From assembly GCA_903885665.1 (NCBI GenBank), contig CAISJL010000004.1, positions 40 through 64,039 of the forward strand: DNA of 64,000 nucleotides, written 5' to 3'. The DNA comes from an uncultured beta proteobacterium (GTDB lineage: Bacteria; Pseudomonadota; Gammaproteobacteria; Burkholderiales; SG8-41). The translations under genes and the position numbers were made by a program. Within the stretch, counting starts at the first letter, position 1, and each line of letters opens with the position of its first letter. The notes below the pieces were generated by a model. That model had not been told where the DNA came from. It worked only from the letters and a program-made list of their open reading frames with translations, and did not search any database. Below are positions 19,491-29,404 of the stretch, one piece after another.

Positions 19491-19928
19491 ATGAGTCAAT
19501 TTATTGCAATTATTGTAGCCAGTGTTTTTGCGACTGTGTCGGTAGCTGGATTTGCGCAGGATAAGACGCAAGCGTCCGCCAAGACAGAGGTAACTAAGGC
19601 GGGTGCGCAAAAGAAAGATGCAAATACAGTAGCAGAATCAGCTGCGGCAAAAAAAGAAAAAGATGAGAAAGCTGCTGCTGCTAAACAAGAGCGTGCCGAT
19701 AAAGCTGCAGCTGCAAAGAAGGAGCGTGAAGACAAAGCCGCAGCTGCAAAATCTGAGCGTGATGCTAAGGCCGCCGCCGCGAAACAAGCTAGGGCCGATA
19801 AAGCTGCCGCAGCCAAGAGGGAGCGTGAAGATAAAGCGGCTACCGCTAAAGCAGAAAAAGCTGCTAAGACTGCGTCTTCATTTGCACCAAAAGCAGAAGT
19901 AAAACCTGCAGATATTACCATGAAGTAA
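19491..19928 (+). CDS. secreted Ala/Lys/Glu-rich protein made of 11-residue repeats (LEA group 3-like)
   Basis: Signal peptide MSQFIAIIVASVFATVSVAGFA, then 7 units of KAAAAK(Q/K/S/R)ER(A/E)D. GAGG lies upstream and a terminator downstream. Confidence 0.8.
   Translation: MSQFIAIIVASVFATVSVAGFAQDKTQASAKTEVTKAGAQKKDANTVAESAAAKKEKDEKAAAAKQERADKAAAAKKEREDKAAAAKSERDAKAAAAKQARADKAAAAKREREDKAATAKAEKAAKTASSFAPKAEVKPADITMK
19635..19865 (+). repeat. 33-bp in-frame tandem repeats (7 units) inside the CDS
   Basis: Amino acids 49-125 of the CDS: ESAAAKKEKDE, KAAAAKQERAD, KAAAAKKERED, KAAAAKSERDA, KAAAAKQARAD, KAAAAKRERED, KAATAKAEKAA. Confidence 0.85.
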
Positions 19929-19949
19929 ATTACTAATTACTATATCGAC

Positions 19950-19977
19950 AAAACCGGGCTTAGGCCCGGTTTTTTTA
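19950..19977. terminator. bidirectional rho-independent terminator
   Basis: aaaaccgggc-ttag-gcccggttttttt, with an A-run and a T-run on either side. Sits between convergent genes. Confidence 0.85.
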
Positions 19978-19991
19978 TGCGCCATATCTCA

Positions 19992-21203
19992 TTAGCGCTT
20001 GCTGTTTGAGTTCCAACCGTCGTTTAGGGTGTGTAGAAAAGCAATAACGTCTTCAATTTCAGAGGCATTTAGTGCTGGATTGTCTCCGCGCTTACGGTCA
20101 TAGGGAACCTCTTTGGTGTTCACATTGTTTCGTAATTCAAGAGGTAAATCGTTGAATTGATTAACCGTGCCATCGCGTCGTTTGGGATACCATTTTTCTG
20201 GATGCGTATCTCGCTCTACATAGAAGTGCATTGCCTCCTCTAATGTCTTAAAGTGACCGTTATGGAATAGTGCACGGCGTAGGCTAACATTACGCAAAGA
20301 GGGTACTCGAAATGCGCCACATAAATCTTTACGATGTTTAAGATCAGGTCGGTCGCATAATCCCAAATCAAAATAGTGAGGGTTAGCGTTTTCATTGATA
20401 TCGGGATTGCGTGGCAGACCAAGATTGTCGTAGCTGAAATCTGTAAATAAGGGGTGACTGCCATCTGGATTTTTGGTTGAGGTATGACAGGCAGCACAAT
20501 TACCTTTTTGAGGATCGTTAAATAAATCAAGGCCACGTTGTTCCTGTGCAGATAGAGTCGCCGCTTTACGCAATACTGCATCATATTTACTGGTGAACCC
20601 ATTAAATTTAGCATCTTCAAGTTGGTAGCGCTCTAGCGCTTGGTTGAGTTTAGCAAGAGCTAGATTGCTATCGTTAAGAATATTGGCGCCGTAGAGTGTT
20701 TTGAATTCGTTGACCCAAGCAGCTTGGGCAATTTTTTGAGTAATAGTCGCAGCATTAATATTTGCCATTTCACGTGCACCAAGAAGCGGGCCTGCCGCTT
20801 GGGCGGCGAGCGTGTCGGCGCGTCCATCCCAGAAAAAGCCGCCGCTAGCCTTGCCATCGGCGTCGAAGTGGAAGCGGGTATTCGTTTTTAAGTATCGAAG
20901 TGCTTGTGCTGTGCGTAGGCCACGCGCTTCTAGCTGAGGTCCGCCAGGCTGGACTGCGAGTGCATTAGGTGCGCCGTGCCCTTGTTCGACGGCATGACAG
21001 CTAGCGCAGGACTGTCGGCCAGAGGCAGACAGACTGGGGTCGTTAAATGCACGCTCACCTAATGCTGCCTCGCGGCTGAGTTGTGGAGGCTGATTCTTTT
21101 AGCAAGCAATCAGTAGCGTTAAGCTCAGGGCGGCTAGCAGCAAGTATGATGAGATTTTTATGAGCATCCATTGTTGAGGCAAAAGATTTTTAGGTATATT
21201 CAT
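19992..21203 (-). pseudogene. di-haem cytochrome c peroxidase (CCP/MauG family) lipoprotein, interrupted by an in-frame TAA
   Basis: A continuous frame encodes MNIPKNLLPQQWMLIKISSYLLLAALSLTLLIAC-TAA-KNQPPQ...CASCH...GAREMANI...CAACH.... The TAA is at 21099-21101. The ORF track reports only the 258-aa C-terminal part. Confidence 0.8.
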
Positions 21204-21341
21204 GAAAACTGTCCTTTTCTTTTGTATTATCCCTAGCTTGATTCTATGATGTAATCGGTCTGTGCGTTAAGCTATTGTCATTAATGATCAAAATGTGGAG
21301 GATTGGGTGGTGGGCTATTCGTATATGCGCTTGGGGATGTA

Positions 21342-22247
21342 ATGCGAATTGGTATTGATCTTGGGGGCACAAAAATAGAAGTGTTGGCACTCAGTGGCCA
21401 ACAAACTGAATTATGGCGCAAGCGAGTCGCCACGCCACAGGGTAACTATCGTGCAATATTGACGAGTATCGCTGACTTGGTAGGTGATTGCGAGCGACAG
21501 CTCGGTCGTCGCGGCACGGTAGGTATTGGTATCCCGGGTGCTGAATCTAGAGTCAGTGGTTTGATTAAGAATGCCAATTCAACTTGTTTGATTGGCCGAC
21601 CATTGCGTCGTGACTTAAGGGAGTTGCTTGGGCGCGATGTGCGGATTGCAAACGATGCCAACTGTTTTGCATTATCAGAAGCAACTGATGGTGCGGCGGT
21701 TGGAGCTAAAGTTGTGTTTGGGGTCATTTTAGGCACTGGTGTTGGCGGAGGTGTTGTTGTTGATGGGCAGGCACTCAATGGGGCTAATGTCATTGCTGGT
21801 GAGTGGGGGCACAATCAATTGCCTAACACGCATGCAAGCAATGAGACAGGTGATTTACCCCTCCCCTGTTATTGTGGCCGCACAGCATGTATTGAGTTGT
21901 ATTTGTCTGGCCCTGGCTTGCAACGTGATCATGCAGGTGTTACGGGTGAGCAACTTGCACCAAGCGATATTGATGCGCGTGCTAACGCAGGATGCCTGCA
22001 ATCTGAGTCTACATTGCAACGCTATGAACGGCGTCTAGCACAATCCTTAGCGCAAGTCATTAATATTCTTGATCCGGATGTGATTGTGCTCGGCGGTGGT
22101 CTGTCGAATATTGGTCGTTGGTATACTACTGTACCCCGCTTGTGGGGCGAATGGGTCTTCTCAGATATCATCAGCACGCGCTTAGTTAAAAATCGCCATG
22201 GTGATTCTTCGGGGGTGCGTGGTGCTGCTTGGTTATGGCCTTTATGA
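21342..22247 (+). CDS. ROK family sugar kinase (N-acetylglucosamine/fructo-kinase-like)
   Basis: MRIGIDLGGTKIE, a GVGGG motif, and the zinc motif CYCGRTACIELYLSG. I prefer the ATG at 21342 over the track start at 21303. Confidence 0.85.
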   Translation: MRIGIDLGGTKIEVLALSGQQTELWRKRVATPQGNYRAILTSIADLVGDCERQLGRRGTVGIGIPGAESRVSGLIKNANSTCLIGRPLRRDLRELLGRDVRIANDANCFALSEATDGAAVGAKVVFGVILGTGVGGGVVVDGQALNGANVIAGEWGHNQLPNTHASNETGDLPLPCYCGRTACIELYLSGPGLQRDHAGVTGEQLAPSDIDARANAGCLQSESTLQRYERRLAQSLAQVINILDPDVIVLGGGLSNIGRWYTTVPRLWGEWVFSDIISTRLVKNRHGDSSGVRGAAWLWPL

Positions 22248-22425
22248 TGGATTTATTTGTGGTGGATGATTAAGAGGCACTACTTAAGGGGTGCTTGGTT
22301 CATAGTAGGTGGTGAGGGGGAGGTAAAGGATATGTGGTGAGGGTTGTCTGATACAGGTTATCTACTTAAGGGTGGCAAGAGCCAGTAGGCTACATGTGTA
22401 ACTTTAATTTTATTATAATTTGATT

Positions 22426-23865
22426 ATGCTACTTACATTTGTTATTTCATATTGGGTTATTTCTGTTGCTATTGGCCTGTGGGCTGCGCGACGCGTTAAA
22501 AATGCGACAGATTATGCAGTTGCTGGACGTAGCCTTCCCTTGGTTGTGGTAACAGCCACTGTTTTTGCCACTTGGTTTGGATCTGAAACGGTTCTGGGTA
22601 TTCCTGCGACTTTCCTCAGAGAAGGACTTGGTGGGGTGATTGCAGATCCCTTTGGTTCGTCCATTTGCCTAATCTTAGTAGGAATCTTTTTTGCAAAACC
22701 GCTGTATCGTATGCGCTTGTTGACCATTGGTGATTATTATCGTGATCGATATGGTCGAAGTGTTGAGGCATTGACCACTATCTGTATTGTGATTTCATAT
22801 TTAGGATGGGTTGCCGCACAGATTTCGGCGTTAGGTTTAGTGTTTAATGTGGTATCAAACGGTGCGATGTCGCACTCAATGGGCATGATTGTGGGTGCAG
22901 CGACAGTCCTGATTTATACCTTTTGGGGTGGAATGTGGGCGGTTGCAATTACCGACTTTTTACAAATGATCATTATTGTTTTGGGTATGCTGTACATTGG
23001 CTGGGATGTGAGTCAAATGGCTGGTGGCGTGTCTGTTGTGGTCAATCATGCATGGGATGCGGGCAAGATCACCAACTTCTGGCCTGATTGGAATTTGGCT
23101 GCGGTACTTGGCTTTATCGCTGCAGCAGTGACCATGATGCTGGGGTCTATTCCGCAGCAAGACGTTTTCCAACGTATTGCATCAGCAAAAGACGAGAATA
23201 CTGCAGCGAAGGCCTCTGTCTTAGGCGGTGTTATTTATTTCTTCTTTGCATTTATTCCGATGTTTTTGGCCTATGCCGCTACTATAATCGACCCAAATTT
23301 AGTAGCACGCTTAATCGAGGGGGATAAGCAGGCACAGCATATTCTACCCAGCATGATCTTGACCCATGCCCCATTGTTTGCTCAGGTAATGTTCTTTGGC
23401 GCATTGCTATCCGCGATTAAGAGCTGCGCGAGTGCTACTTTGCTTGCGCCATCGGTCACTTTTACTGAAAATATTTTGAAACCTGCGTATGGTCATTTGG
23501 GCGATCGACAGTTGTTACGACTGATGCGTATTGTTGTGCTGTGCTTTACTGTGCTCGTGACAATATTTGCGCTCAACTCAGATTTGTCTATTTATAAGAT
23601 GGTTGAAAATGCGTATAAAGTATCTTTGGTTTCTGCGTTTGTTCCCTTGGTTTTTGGTTTGTATTGGAAGCACGCTAACCGTTTAGGCGCTTTGGCAGCA
23701 ATTATTTTAGGCTTGTCGACTTGGATTTGGTTGGAGGTGCTTGCCCCAGATGCGACTTGCCCACCGCAGTTGGCTGGCTTATTGGCTGCATTGGTAGGGA
23801 TGGTAGTGGTGTCTTTAGCTTCGTCTGCTATTAGGCCCAATAGTCATCATGCACATTCAAAGTAA
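22426..23865 (+). CDS. sodium:solute symporter family transporter
   Basis: About 479 aa, polytopic, with the N-terminal DYAVAGRSLP motif typical of the SSS family. Confidence 0.82.
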   Translation: MLLTFVISYWVISVAIGLWAARRVKNATDYAVAGRSLPLVVVTATVFATWFGSETVLGIPATFLREGLGGVIADPFGSSICLILVGIFFAKPLYRMRLLTIGDYYRDRYGRSVEALTTICIVISYLGWVAAQISALGLVFNVVSNGAMSHSMGMIVGAATVLIYTFWGGMWAVAITDFLQMIIIVLGMLYIGWDVSQMAGGVSVVVNHAWDAGKITNFWPDWNLAAVLGFIAAAVTMMLGSIPQQDVFQRIASAKDENTAAKASVLGGVIYFFFAFIPMFLAYAATIIDPNLVARLIEGDKQAQHILPSMILTHAPLFAQVMFFGALLSAIKSCASATLLAPSVTFTENILKPAYGHLGDRQLLRLMRIVVLCFTVLVTIFALNSDLSIYKMVENAYKVSLVSAFVPLVFGLYWKHANRLGALAAIILGLSTWIWLEVLAPDATCPPQLAGLLAALVGMVVVSLASSAIRPNSHHAHSK

Positions 23866-23906
23866 TCAGTGCATATATGAGTTCTTTATGCCGCTGAGCC
23901 CTGGCT

Positions 23907-24446
23907 GTGTGTAAATATTTTCCCATAGCGGCACTGATTGATCGAGTCAGTGCCGCTATGGGCAGAGTTGCCGAATACTTGGTAATTTTGGCTTGTACGA
24001 TCAGTGCGGCTAATGCCTTTTCTCGTTATGCATTTAGTATAAGCTCGAACGCGTGGCTAGAGATTCAATGGTATAGCTTTGGTGCCTTAGTGATGTTGGG
24101 TGCTGCAGAAACGCTCAAAAAAAATGCCCATGTGAGAGTGGATGTTTTTTTGAGTAATATGACAACCCGCCAGCAAATCAAAGTGGATATTATCGGTGGT
24201 TTATTATTTTTATTACCTGCGACCTTGATATTGGCGTATTTATCTTGGCCAGTGTTTTGGAATGCATGGCAACTAGGGGAGGTCTCTAATAATGCTGGTG
24301 GGCTTATGCGCTGGCCCATCAAATTGTGTTTGCCATTGGGTTTTTTATTGTTGGCTTTGCAGGGCATTTCTGAGCTGATCAAGCGATTCGCAATGTTGAG
24401 CGGTGATTTAACAGCAGACTTGCATTACGAAAGACCCTTGCAATGA
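23907..24446 (+). CDS. TRAP transporter small permease (DctQ-like)
   Basis: 179 aa with 4 TM helices. Its stop overlaps the large-permease start (ATGA). Confidence 0.7.
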   Translation: MCKYFPIAALIDRVSAAMGRVAEYLVILACTISAANAFSRYAFSISSNAWLEIQWYSFGALVMLGAAETLKKNAHVRVDVFLSNMTTRQQIKVDIIGGLLFLLPATLILAYLSWPVFWNAWQLGEVSNNAGGLMRWPIKLCLPLGFLLLALQGISELIKRFAMLSGDLTADLHYERPLQ

Positions 24447-26065
24447 TTGGGCATGAAGTATTAGCGCCACTGATGTTTGGGGGCCTTGTGCTTTTTATGT
24501 TGGTTGGCTATCCGGTTGCATTTTCTTTAGCGGCGGTGGGTTTGTTCTTTGGACTGATTGCGATTGCAGTCGGTTTGTTTGATTTTAGTTTTATGCAAGC
24601 CTTACCAGAGCGTGTCTTTGGCATTATGGCAAATGAAGTTTTATTAGCCATCCCATTTTTCACCTTGATGGGTGCAATATTAGAACGCTGTGGTCTGGCA
24701 GAGGATTTGCTTGACAGCTTAGGCCAGTTGTTTGGACCTGTTCGTGGCGGCCTTGGTTATGCAGTGATTCTGGTGGGCGCCATTTTGGGCGCAATTACTG
24801 GAACTGTTGCCGCCTCGGTGATTGCGATGGGATTGATTTCTTTACCAATCATGATGCGATATGGCTACGATATGCGTTTCGCTACTGGGGTAATTGCGGC
24901 CTCTGGTACGATTACTCAGCTCATTCCACCTTCCCTAGTTTTAATTGTATTGGCAGATCAATTGGGACGCCCAGTCAGTGAAATGTATGCGGGAGCATGG
25001 GGACCTAGCTTGATTCAGATCCTGCTCTTCTGCGCCTATGTATTATTCATCAGCATTGTACGACCGCAATGGGTGCCGGCCTTACCACTTAGCGCGCGTA
25101 CTTTGTCCGGTTGGCAATTAATAAAAAAATGTCTGCGTGGAATTGTGCCTTCGATTGCGCTGATCTTTTTAGTCTTAGGTACTATTTTATTGGGGCTGGC
25201 AACGCCGACTGAAGGTGGTGCAATGGGGGTGGTTGGCGCTGTTGTGCTTGCCGTTTTACAACGACAAGAGTTTTCTAGCCGTGGTCTGTTAGCCACTTGG
25301 GTAGGGGTGACGGCAACGGTGTTGGTCATGTTACCTGAGCTGATTGCGCAGGGTACGCAATCGATACCCGGCATGGCATCGCTTGGTGTATTTATAGATT
25401 CTTTTCGAGTTGAATTATTGGTGTTGGCCTATGCGTGCCTGTTGTTGGTGCTGGCTGAGGTGCTATGGATTGCTGAGTTGCGAAAAATGATACAGGCGGC
25501 TGCTCGCTCTACGATGTTAATTACTAGCATGGTGATTTATATTTTAATCGGTTCAACCATATTCACCTTGGTCTTTAGAGGGATTGATGGCGATTTGTGG
25601 ATAGAGCACATGCTCTCCGTGCTGCCCGGAGGCCAGGTTGGTTTTTTGGTGTTTGTGAACGCGTTTGTGTTTGTATTAGCGTTCTTTCTAGATTTCTTTG
25701 AGATTGCTTTTATTATTGTGCCCTTACTCGCGCCGGCGGCTATCAAGTTAGGCATTGATCCGGTTTGGTTTGGGGTGTTATTGTGCGTGAACATGCAGAC
25801 CTCATTTATGCATCCACCCTTTGGTTTTGCATTATTTTATCTGCGGGGGATTGCCCCCAAAGAGATTAAAAGCTCGGCTATTTATTGGGGTGCCATCCCG
25901 TGGGTCATGTTGCAATTGCTGATGGTGGGTATTGTCATTGCATGGCCAGAGCTGGTGACTAAACCGCTCGGGCAGTTACACACGCCGGATACTTCTGGCG
26001 TGCAGATTGAGATTCCAGCTGCAGATTGGACTTTGTCTGAGCCGGTGAAGCCTGAATCGCAATAA
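24443..26065 (+). CDS. TRAP transporter large permease (DctM-like), unusually long
   Basis: 540 aa, polytopic, with a DctM-like N-terminal half (FTLMGAILERCGLAEDL). It carries about 100 extra residues mid-protein. Confidence 0.78.
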   Translation: MIGHEVLAPLMFGGLVLFMLVGYPVAFSLAAVGLFFGLIAIAVGLFDFSFMQALPERVFGIMANEVLLAIPFFTLMGAILERCGLAEDLLDSLGQLFGPVRGGLGYAVILVGAILGAITGTVAASVIAMGLISLPIMMRYGYDMRFATGVIAASGTITQLIPPSLVLIVLADQLGRPVSEMYAGAWGPSLIQILLFCAYVLFISIVRPQWVPALPLSARTLSGWQLIKKCLRGIVPSIALIFLVLGTILLGLATPTEGGAMGVVGAVVLAVLQRQEFSSRGLLATWVGVTATVLVMLPELIAQGTQSIPGMASLGVFIDSFRVELLVLAYACLLLVLAEVLWIAELRKMIQAAARSTMLITSMVIYILIGSTIFTLVFRGIDGDLWIEHMLSVLPGGQVGFLVFVNAFVFVLAFFLDFFEIAFIIVPLLAPAAIKLGIDPVWFGVLLCVNMQTSFMHPPFGFALFYLRGIAPKEIKSSAIYWGAIPWVMLQLLMVGIVIAWPELVTKPLGQLHTPDTSGVQIEIPAADWTLSEPVKPESQ

Positions 26066-26095
26066 TTGCCGAGGTTCGCCGGCTTAATGGTCAGC

Positions 26096-26911
26096 TTACG
26101 ATGCGTTGCTGTGCGGGGTTTTGAGTTCTGAGATAAGATGCGGCGCTAAAGTGCTGAGTAATTGACCAAATATTCGTGGGTTACCAGCAACAACGTTGCC
26201 ACTGTCAAGATAACCATCGTTGCCCTCAAGGTCGCCAATTAAGCCGCCAGCTTCAGTCACAAGCAGTGTGCCAGCAGCAATATCCCATTTGCTAAGACCG
26301 ATTTCCCAGAAGCCATCCAGTCGACCTGCAGCTACGTAGGCTAAATCTAAAGCTGCAGAGCCTGGACGTCGCAGGCCCGCGCTACTTTGAATGACATCTC
26401 GCATCATGTTCAAATAAACACCTAGGTGCTTGAATTCACTATACGGGAAGCCGGTGCCGATTAAAGCGGTTTTTAGGCTGGGGCGTTTGCTCACACGTAA
26501 ACGAGATTCGTTTAGAAATGCACCACGACCACGAGTGGCAGTAAACAAGTCGTTACGGGTTGGATCGTAGATGACGGATTGGGTGATGATCCCTTTGTGT
26601 GCTAGGGCTATTGATACCGCGTATTGCGGAAAGCCGTGCAAGAAATTGGTGGTGCCATCGAGAGGATCAATAATCCATTGGTATTCAGAGTGACCTGAAG
26701 CGCCAGATTCCTCTGCTAGAATTGCATGAGTAGGATAAGCTTCGCGCAGCGTGCGGATGATGTCTTGCTCGGCTTCGCGGTCTACTTCTGAGACGAAGTC
26801 GTTTGCAGCTTTCTCTTTGACCACAATGACATCAAGGTTGCGGGAAGCTCGATTGATGATGGCGCCGGCGCGGCGTGCTGCCTTGACCGCTATAGTAAGC
26901 ATGGGATGCAT
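26096..26911 (-). CDS. suhB: inositol monophosphatase family protein
   Basis: Contains [12 protein letters not shown] and WDIAAG motifs. It is divergent from trmJ, as in enterobacteria. Confidence 0.9.
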   Translation of the reverse strand: MHPMLTIAVKAARRAGAIINRASRNLDVIVVKEKAANDFVSEVDREAEQDIIRTLREAYPTHAILAEESGASGHSEYQWIIDPLDGTTNFLHGFPQYAVSIALAHKGIITQSVIYDPTRNDLFTATRGRGAFLNESRLRVSKRPSLKTALIGTGFPYSEFKHLGVYLNMMRDVIQSSAGLRRPGSAALDLAYVAAGRLDGFWEIGLSKWDIAAGTLLVTEAGGLIGDLEGNDGYLDSGNVVAGNPRIFGQLLSTLAPHLISELKTPHSNAS

Positions 26912-27095
26912 AGGGTTCTTCTGGGTATCTATAAAATTCAGGGGAGCGGTGCGGTGTTTGTTGCAGAATCAGATGCTGTATGTAGTCGGATTATAAAGTA
27001 AAGGGTTTTTCCACAATGTTTTCCACGGTAAATGGACAGATTAGTGTAATAGCGCGTGGCCGTTTGGGTCGGTTGTTCAACAGGGGCTATTTTAC

Positions 27096-27827
27096 GTGAA
27101 CCCTATCGATACGCTCAAAAATATTCGCATTGTGATGTGCGGCACCTCCCACCCGGGTAATATTGGTGCTGCAGCGCGTGCCATGCGCACCATGGGGCTC
27201 ACTGATTTGACTTTAGTGCGGCCACAGCGTTTCCCTGATCCTCAGGCGATGTGGATGTCGGCCGGAGCAACTGATGTGCTGGAATCGGCTAAGATTTGCG
27301 CTAGCTTGCCCGAAGCGCTCTCTGGTGTAGTGTTTGCTGTTGCCTGTTCTGCCCGGCGCCGTGATGTGGCAGTGCCGATGGTTGATGCTCGCTCGGCAGC
27401 GCTTGAGGTTGTTAGCGTTGCGCAGAGTCGACCAGTAGCTGTTGTCTTTGGCAACGAGAGTTCAGGTTTAAGCAATGCTGAATTAGCTTCTTGTGGCTTA
27501 ATTGCCAGCATTCCAGTTGATCCGAGCTTTTCATCACTTAATGTAGCCGCGGCAATACAGGTGATGTGCTATGAATTGCGGATGTCTGTTGGCGCTAGCT
27601 TGCCGGCCCCAGTTGACCAAGCATTGGCGACGATTGAAGAAGTTGAGGCGTTTTACGTCCATTTAGAGCAAACTTTAATCGCTACTGGGTTTTTAAATCC
27701 TGCGCAACCTCGTAAGCTAATGCAACGTTTAAGGCGTTTATTCTCGCGTGCGCATTTACAGGTTGAAGAGGTGAATATTCTGCGCGGCATCGCGCGCAGT
27801 TATGTTGCGCCTAAGCGTCGAGATTAG
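27096..27827 (+). CDS. trmJ: tRNA (cytidine/uridine-2'-O-)-methyltransferase TrmJ (SpoU family)
   Basis: 243 aa with a GTG start, HPGNIGAAARAM and LNVAAA motifs. It sits upstream of cysE-iscR. Confidence 0.85.
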   Translation: MNPIDTLKNIRIVMCGTSHPGNIGAAARAMRTMGLTDLTLVRPQRFPDPQAMWMSAGATDVLESAKICASLPEALSGVVFAVACSARRRDVAVPMVDARSAALEVVSVAQSRPVAVVFGNESSGLSNAELASCGLIASIPVDPSFSSLNVAAAIQVMCYELRMSVGASLPAPVDQALATIEEVEAFYVHLEQTLIATGFLNPAQPRKLMQRLRRLFSRAHLQVEEVNILRGIARSYVAPKRRD

Positions 27828-28001
27828 GTCAATTTCAGATGGGATCTTTTGGATTTATATAACTTATTGAATTTATTGGGTATTTAAATTGATTCCCCGC
27901 GATGTACAATAAACGCACTAGTAGCGACTGAGTAGCTCAGAATATTTGGGTAGTCATTGTTAATCGCGAATAATTTCGGCGGCATAGAAAGATATAGTCA
28001 G

Positions 28002-28757
28002 ATGATCATTTGGCAGCGTATAAAAGAAGAGATTGCCGTGGTATTCGAGCGCGACCCTGCTGCTCGTAATGCTTGGGAAGTGGTGACTTGTTATCCGGGT
28101 TTTCATGCGATGCTGCTCCACCGGCTTGCTCATTTTTTGTGGGGCTGGCGGGCGTTTTGGCTGGCACGTTGGATTGCCTACTGCTCACGTTTATTGACCG
28201 GTATCGAAATTCATCCCGGTGCAAGAATTGGTCGTCGTTTTTTTATTGATCATGGCATGGGTGTAGTTATCGGTGAGACCTCTGAAATTGGTGACGACTG
28301 CACGATCTACCATGGTGTGACTCTAGGCGGTACCACCTGGAATAAAGGAAAACGACACCCCACTTTATTGCAAGGGGTTGTGATCGGTGCGGGGGCCAAG
28401 ATCCTTGGGCCGTTGACGGTAGGTGCTTTCGCCAAAATTGGATCCAATGCGGTCGTCGTTAAAGACGTACCAGACCATGCAACGGCTATCGGTATTCCGG
28501 CGCGCTTATTAGATGATGTACAAGAAAAATCTGGTCGGTTTTCTGCTTATGCGCTAGGACCTGATATTGACGATCCGCAGGCTCAGGCAATTCGCGCCCT
28601 CATTGATTACCAGCAAAGTACGGAGTTGCAGCTCAAATTTTTGAGCGAAGCCCTGCAGCAGCACGGGATCGTGGTGCCTGATAGGAATGCTGAAGGGAAT
28701 ACCGAAGGGGCTGCTGATGGTGCTCCACAGAGGCGGGGCGATAAAAAGGGTGGGTAA
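28002..28757 (+). CDS. cysE: serine O-acetyltransferase
   Basis: Left-handed beta-helix hexapeptide region [39 protein letters not shown] prefer the internal ATG at 28002. Confidence 0.88.
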   Translation: MIIWQRIKEEIAVVFERDPAARNAWEVVTCYPGFHAMLLHRLAHFLWGWRAFWLARWIAYCSRLLTGIEIHPGARIGRRFFIDHGMGVVIGETSEIGDDCTIYHGVTLGGTTWNKGKRHPTLLQGVVIGAGAKILGPLTVGAFAKIGSNAVVVKDVPDHATAIGIPARLLDDVQEKSGRFSAYALGPDIDDPQAQAIRALIDYQQSTELQLKFLSEALQQHGIVVPDRNAEGNTEGAADGAPQRRGDKKGG

Positions 28758-28759
28758 GA

Positions 28760-28784
28760 GTAGTTGACTGAAGAGATCGGATAT
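28760..28784 (+). promoter_or_regulatory. candidate IscR type-1 operator (site A)
   Basis: gtagttgactgaagagatcggatat matches about 18 of 25 positions of ATASYYGACTRWWWYAGTCRRSTAT. It overlaps a TTGACT (-35-like) element that has TAAACT 17 nt downstream. Confidence 0.5.
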
Positions 28785-28788
28785 TTTA

Positions 28789-28813
28789 AACTTGACTAAA
28801 TTGATTGGGTATT
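28789..28813 (-). promoter_or_regulatory. candidate IscR type-1 operator (site B)
   Basis: The reverse complement aatacccaatcaatttagtcaagtt has the ATACCC ... AGTCAAG arms of the type-1 consensus. Confidence 0.5.
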
Positions 28814-28918
28814 GCGCTTTTTAAGACGGTGTAGCCATCAACTAGGTTTAGATATAGGGCTGAGTGTAGATGCCAATATTTATTTTAATTTATTGATTTT
28901 AAACGTTAAAGGAATTTA

Positions 28919-29395
28919 ATGAGACTGACAACCAAAGGTCGTTTCGCAGTAACTGCGATGGTTGATTTGGCCCTACGCCATGGATCAGGTCCGGTTACTT
29001 TAGCTGAAATTAGTGGTAGACAAAAAATTTCTCTGTCTTATTTAGAGCAATTGTTTGGCAAGTTGCGGCGTCAGCACATTGTAGATTCTGTCAGAGGGCC
29101 AGGAGGCGGCTATTGTTTGGGACGGGATATGTCCGAGTTGACAGTGGCAGAAATCATCTTGGCGGTCGATGAGCCTATTGATGCAACGCAGTGCGGTGGC
29201 AAAGAGAATTGCAAGGATGAGGGTAAATGCCTTACCCATGATTTATGGGCTACTTTAAATGCTCGAATATTTGATTACCTAGGATCCGTGACTTTGCGCC
29301 AGTTGGTAGAAAATCAGCGGGCTAAAGAAGCTGGTGTGGCACCGGTTCATGATATGCGTTTGGCTAGCGCTCGGCGCGAAGCCCCATCAGCGTAA
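28919..29395 (+). CDS. iscR: Fe-S cluster assembly transcriptional regulator IscR (Rrf2 family)
   Basis: [18 protein letters not shown] wHTH, and the ligand pattern C-x5-C-x5-C-x2-H ([16 protein letters not shown]). Confidence 0.9.
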   Translation: MRLTTKGRFAVTAMVDLALRHGSGPVTLAEISGRQKISLSYLEQLFGKLRRQHIVDSVRGPGGGYCLGRDMSELTVAEIILAVDEPIDATQCGGKENCKDEGKCLTHDLWATLNARIFDYLGSVTLRQLVENQRAKEAGVAPVHDMRLASARREAPSA

Positions 29396-29404
29396 GTCTA
29401 AATT

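Noticed and set aside
19353-19610. 85-aa minus-strand ORF overlapping the start of the LEA-like gene
   Set aside because: It lies in AT-rich intergenic sequence, has no ribosome-binding site, is Lys/Arg/Asn-rich, and overlaps a better-supported gene.
19496-19921. 141-aa minus-strand ORF (and the 79-aa plus-strand ORF at 19663-19902) covering the repeat gene
   Set aside because: These are alternative-frame readings of the GCN/AAR-rich 33-bp repeats. They have no signal peptide or ribosome-binding site. The plus-strand frame with a signal peptide, Shine-Dalgarno sequence and terminator explains the region.
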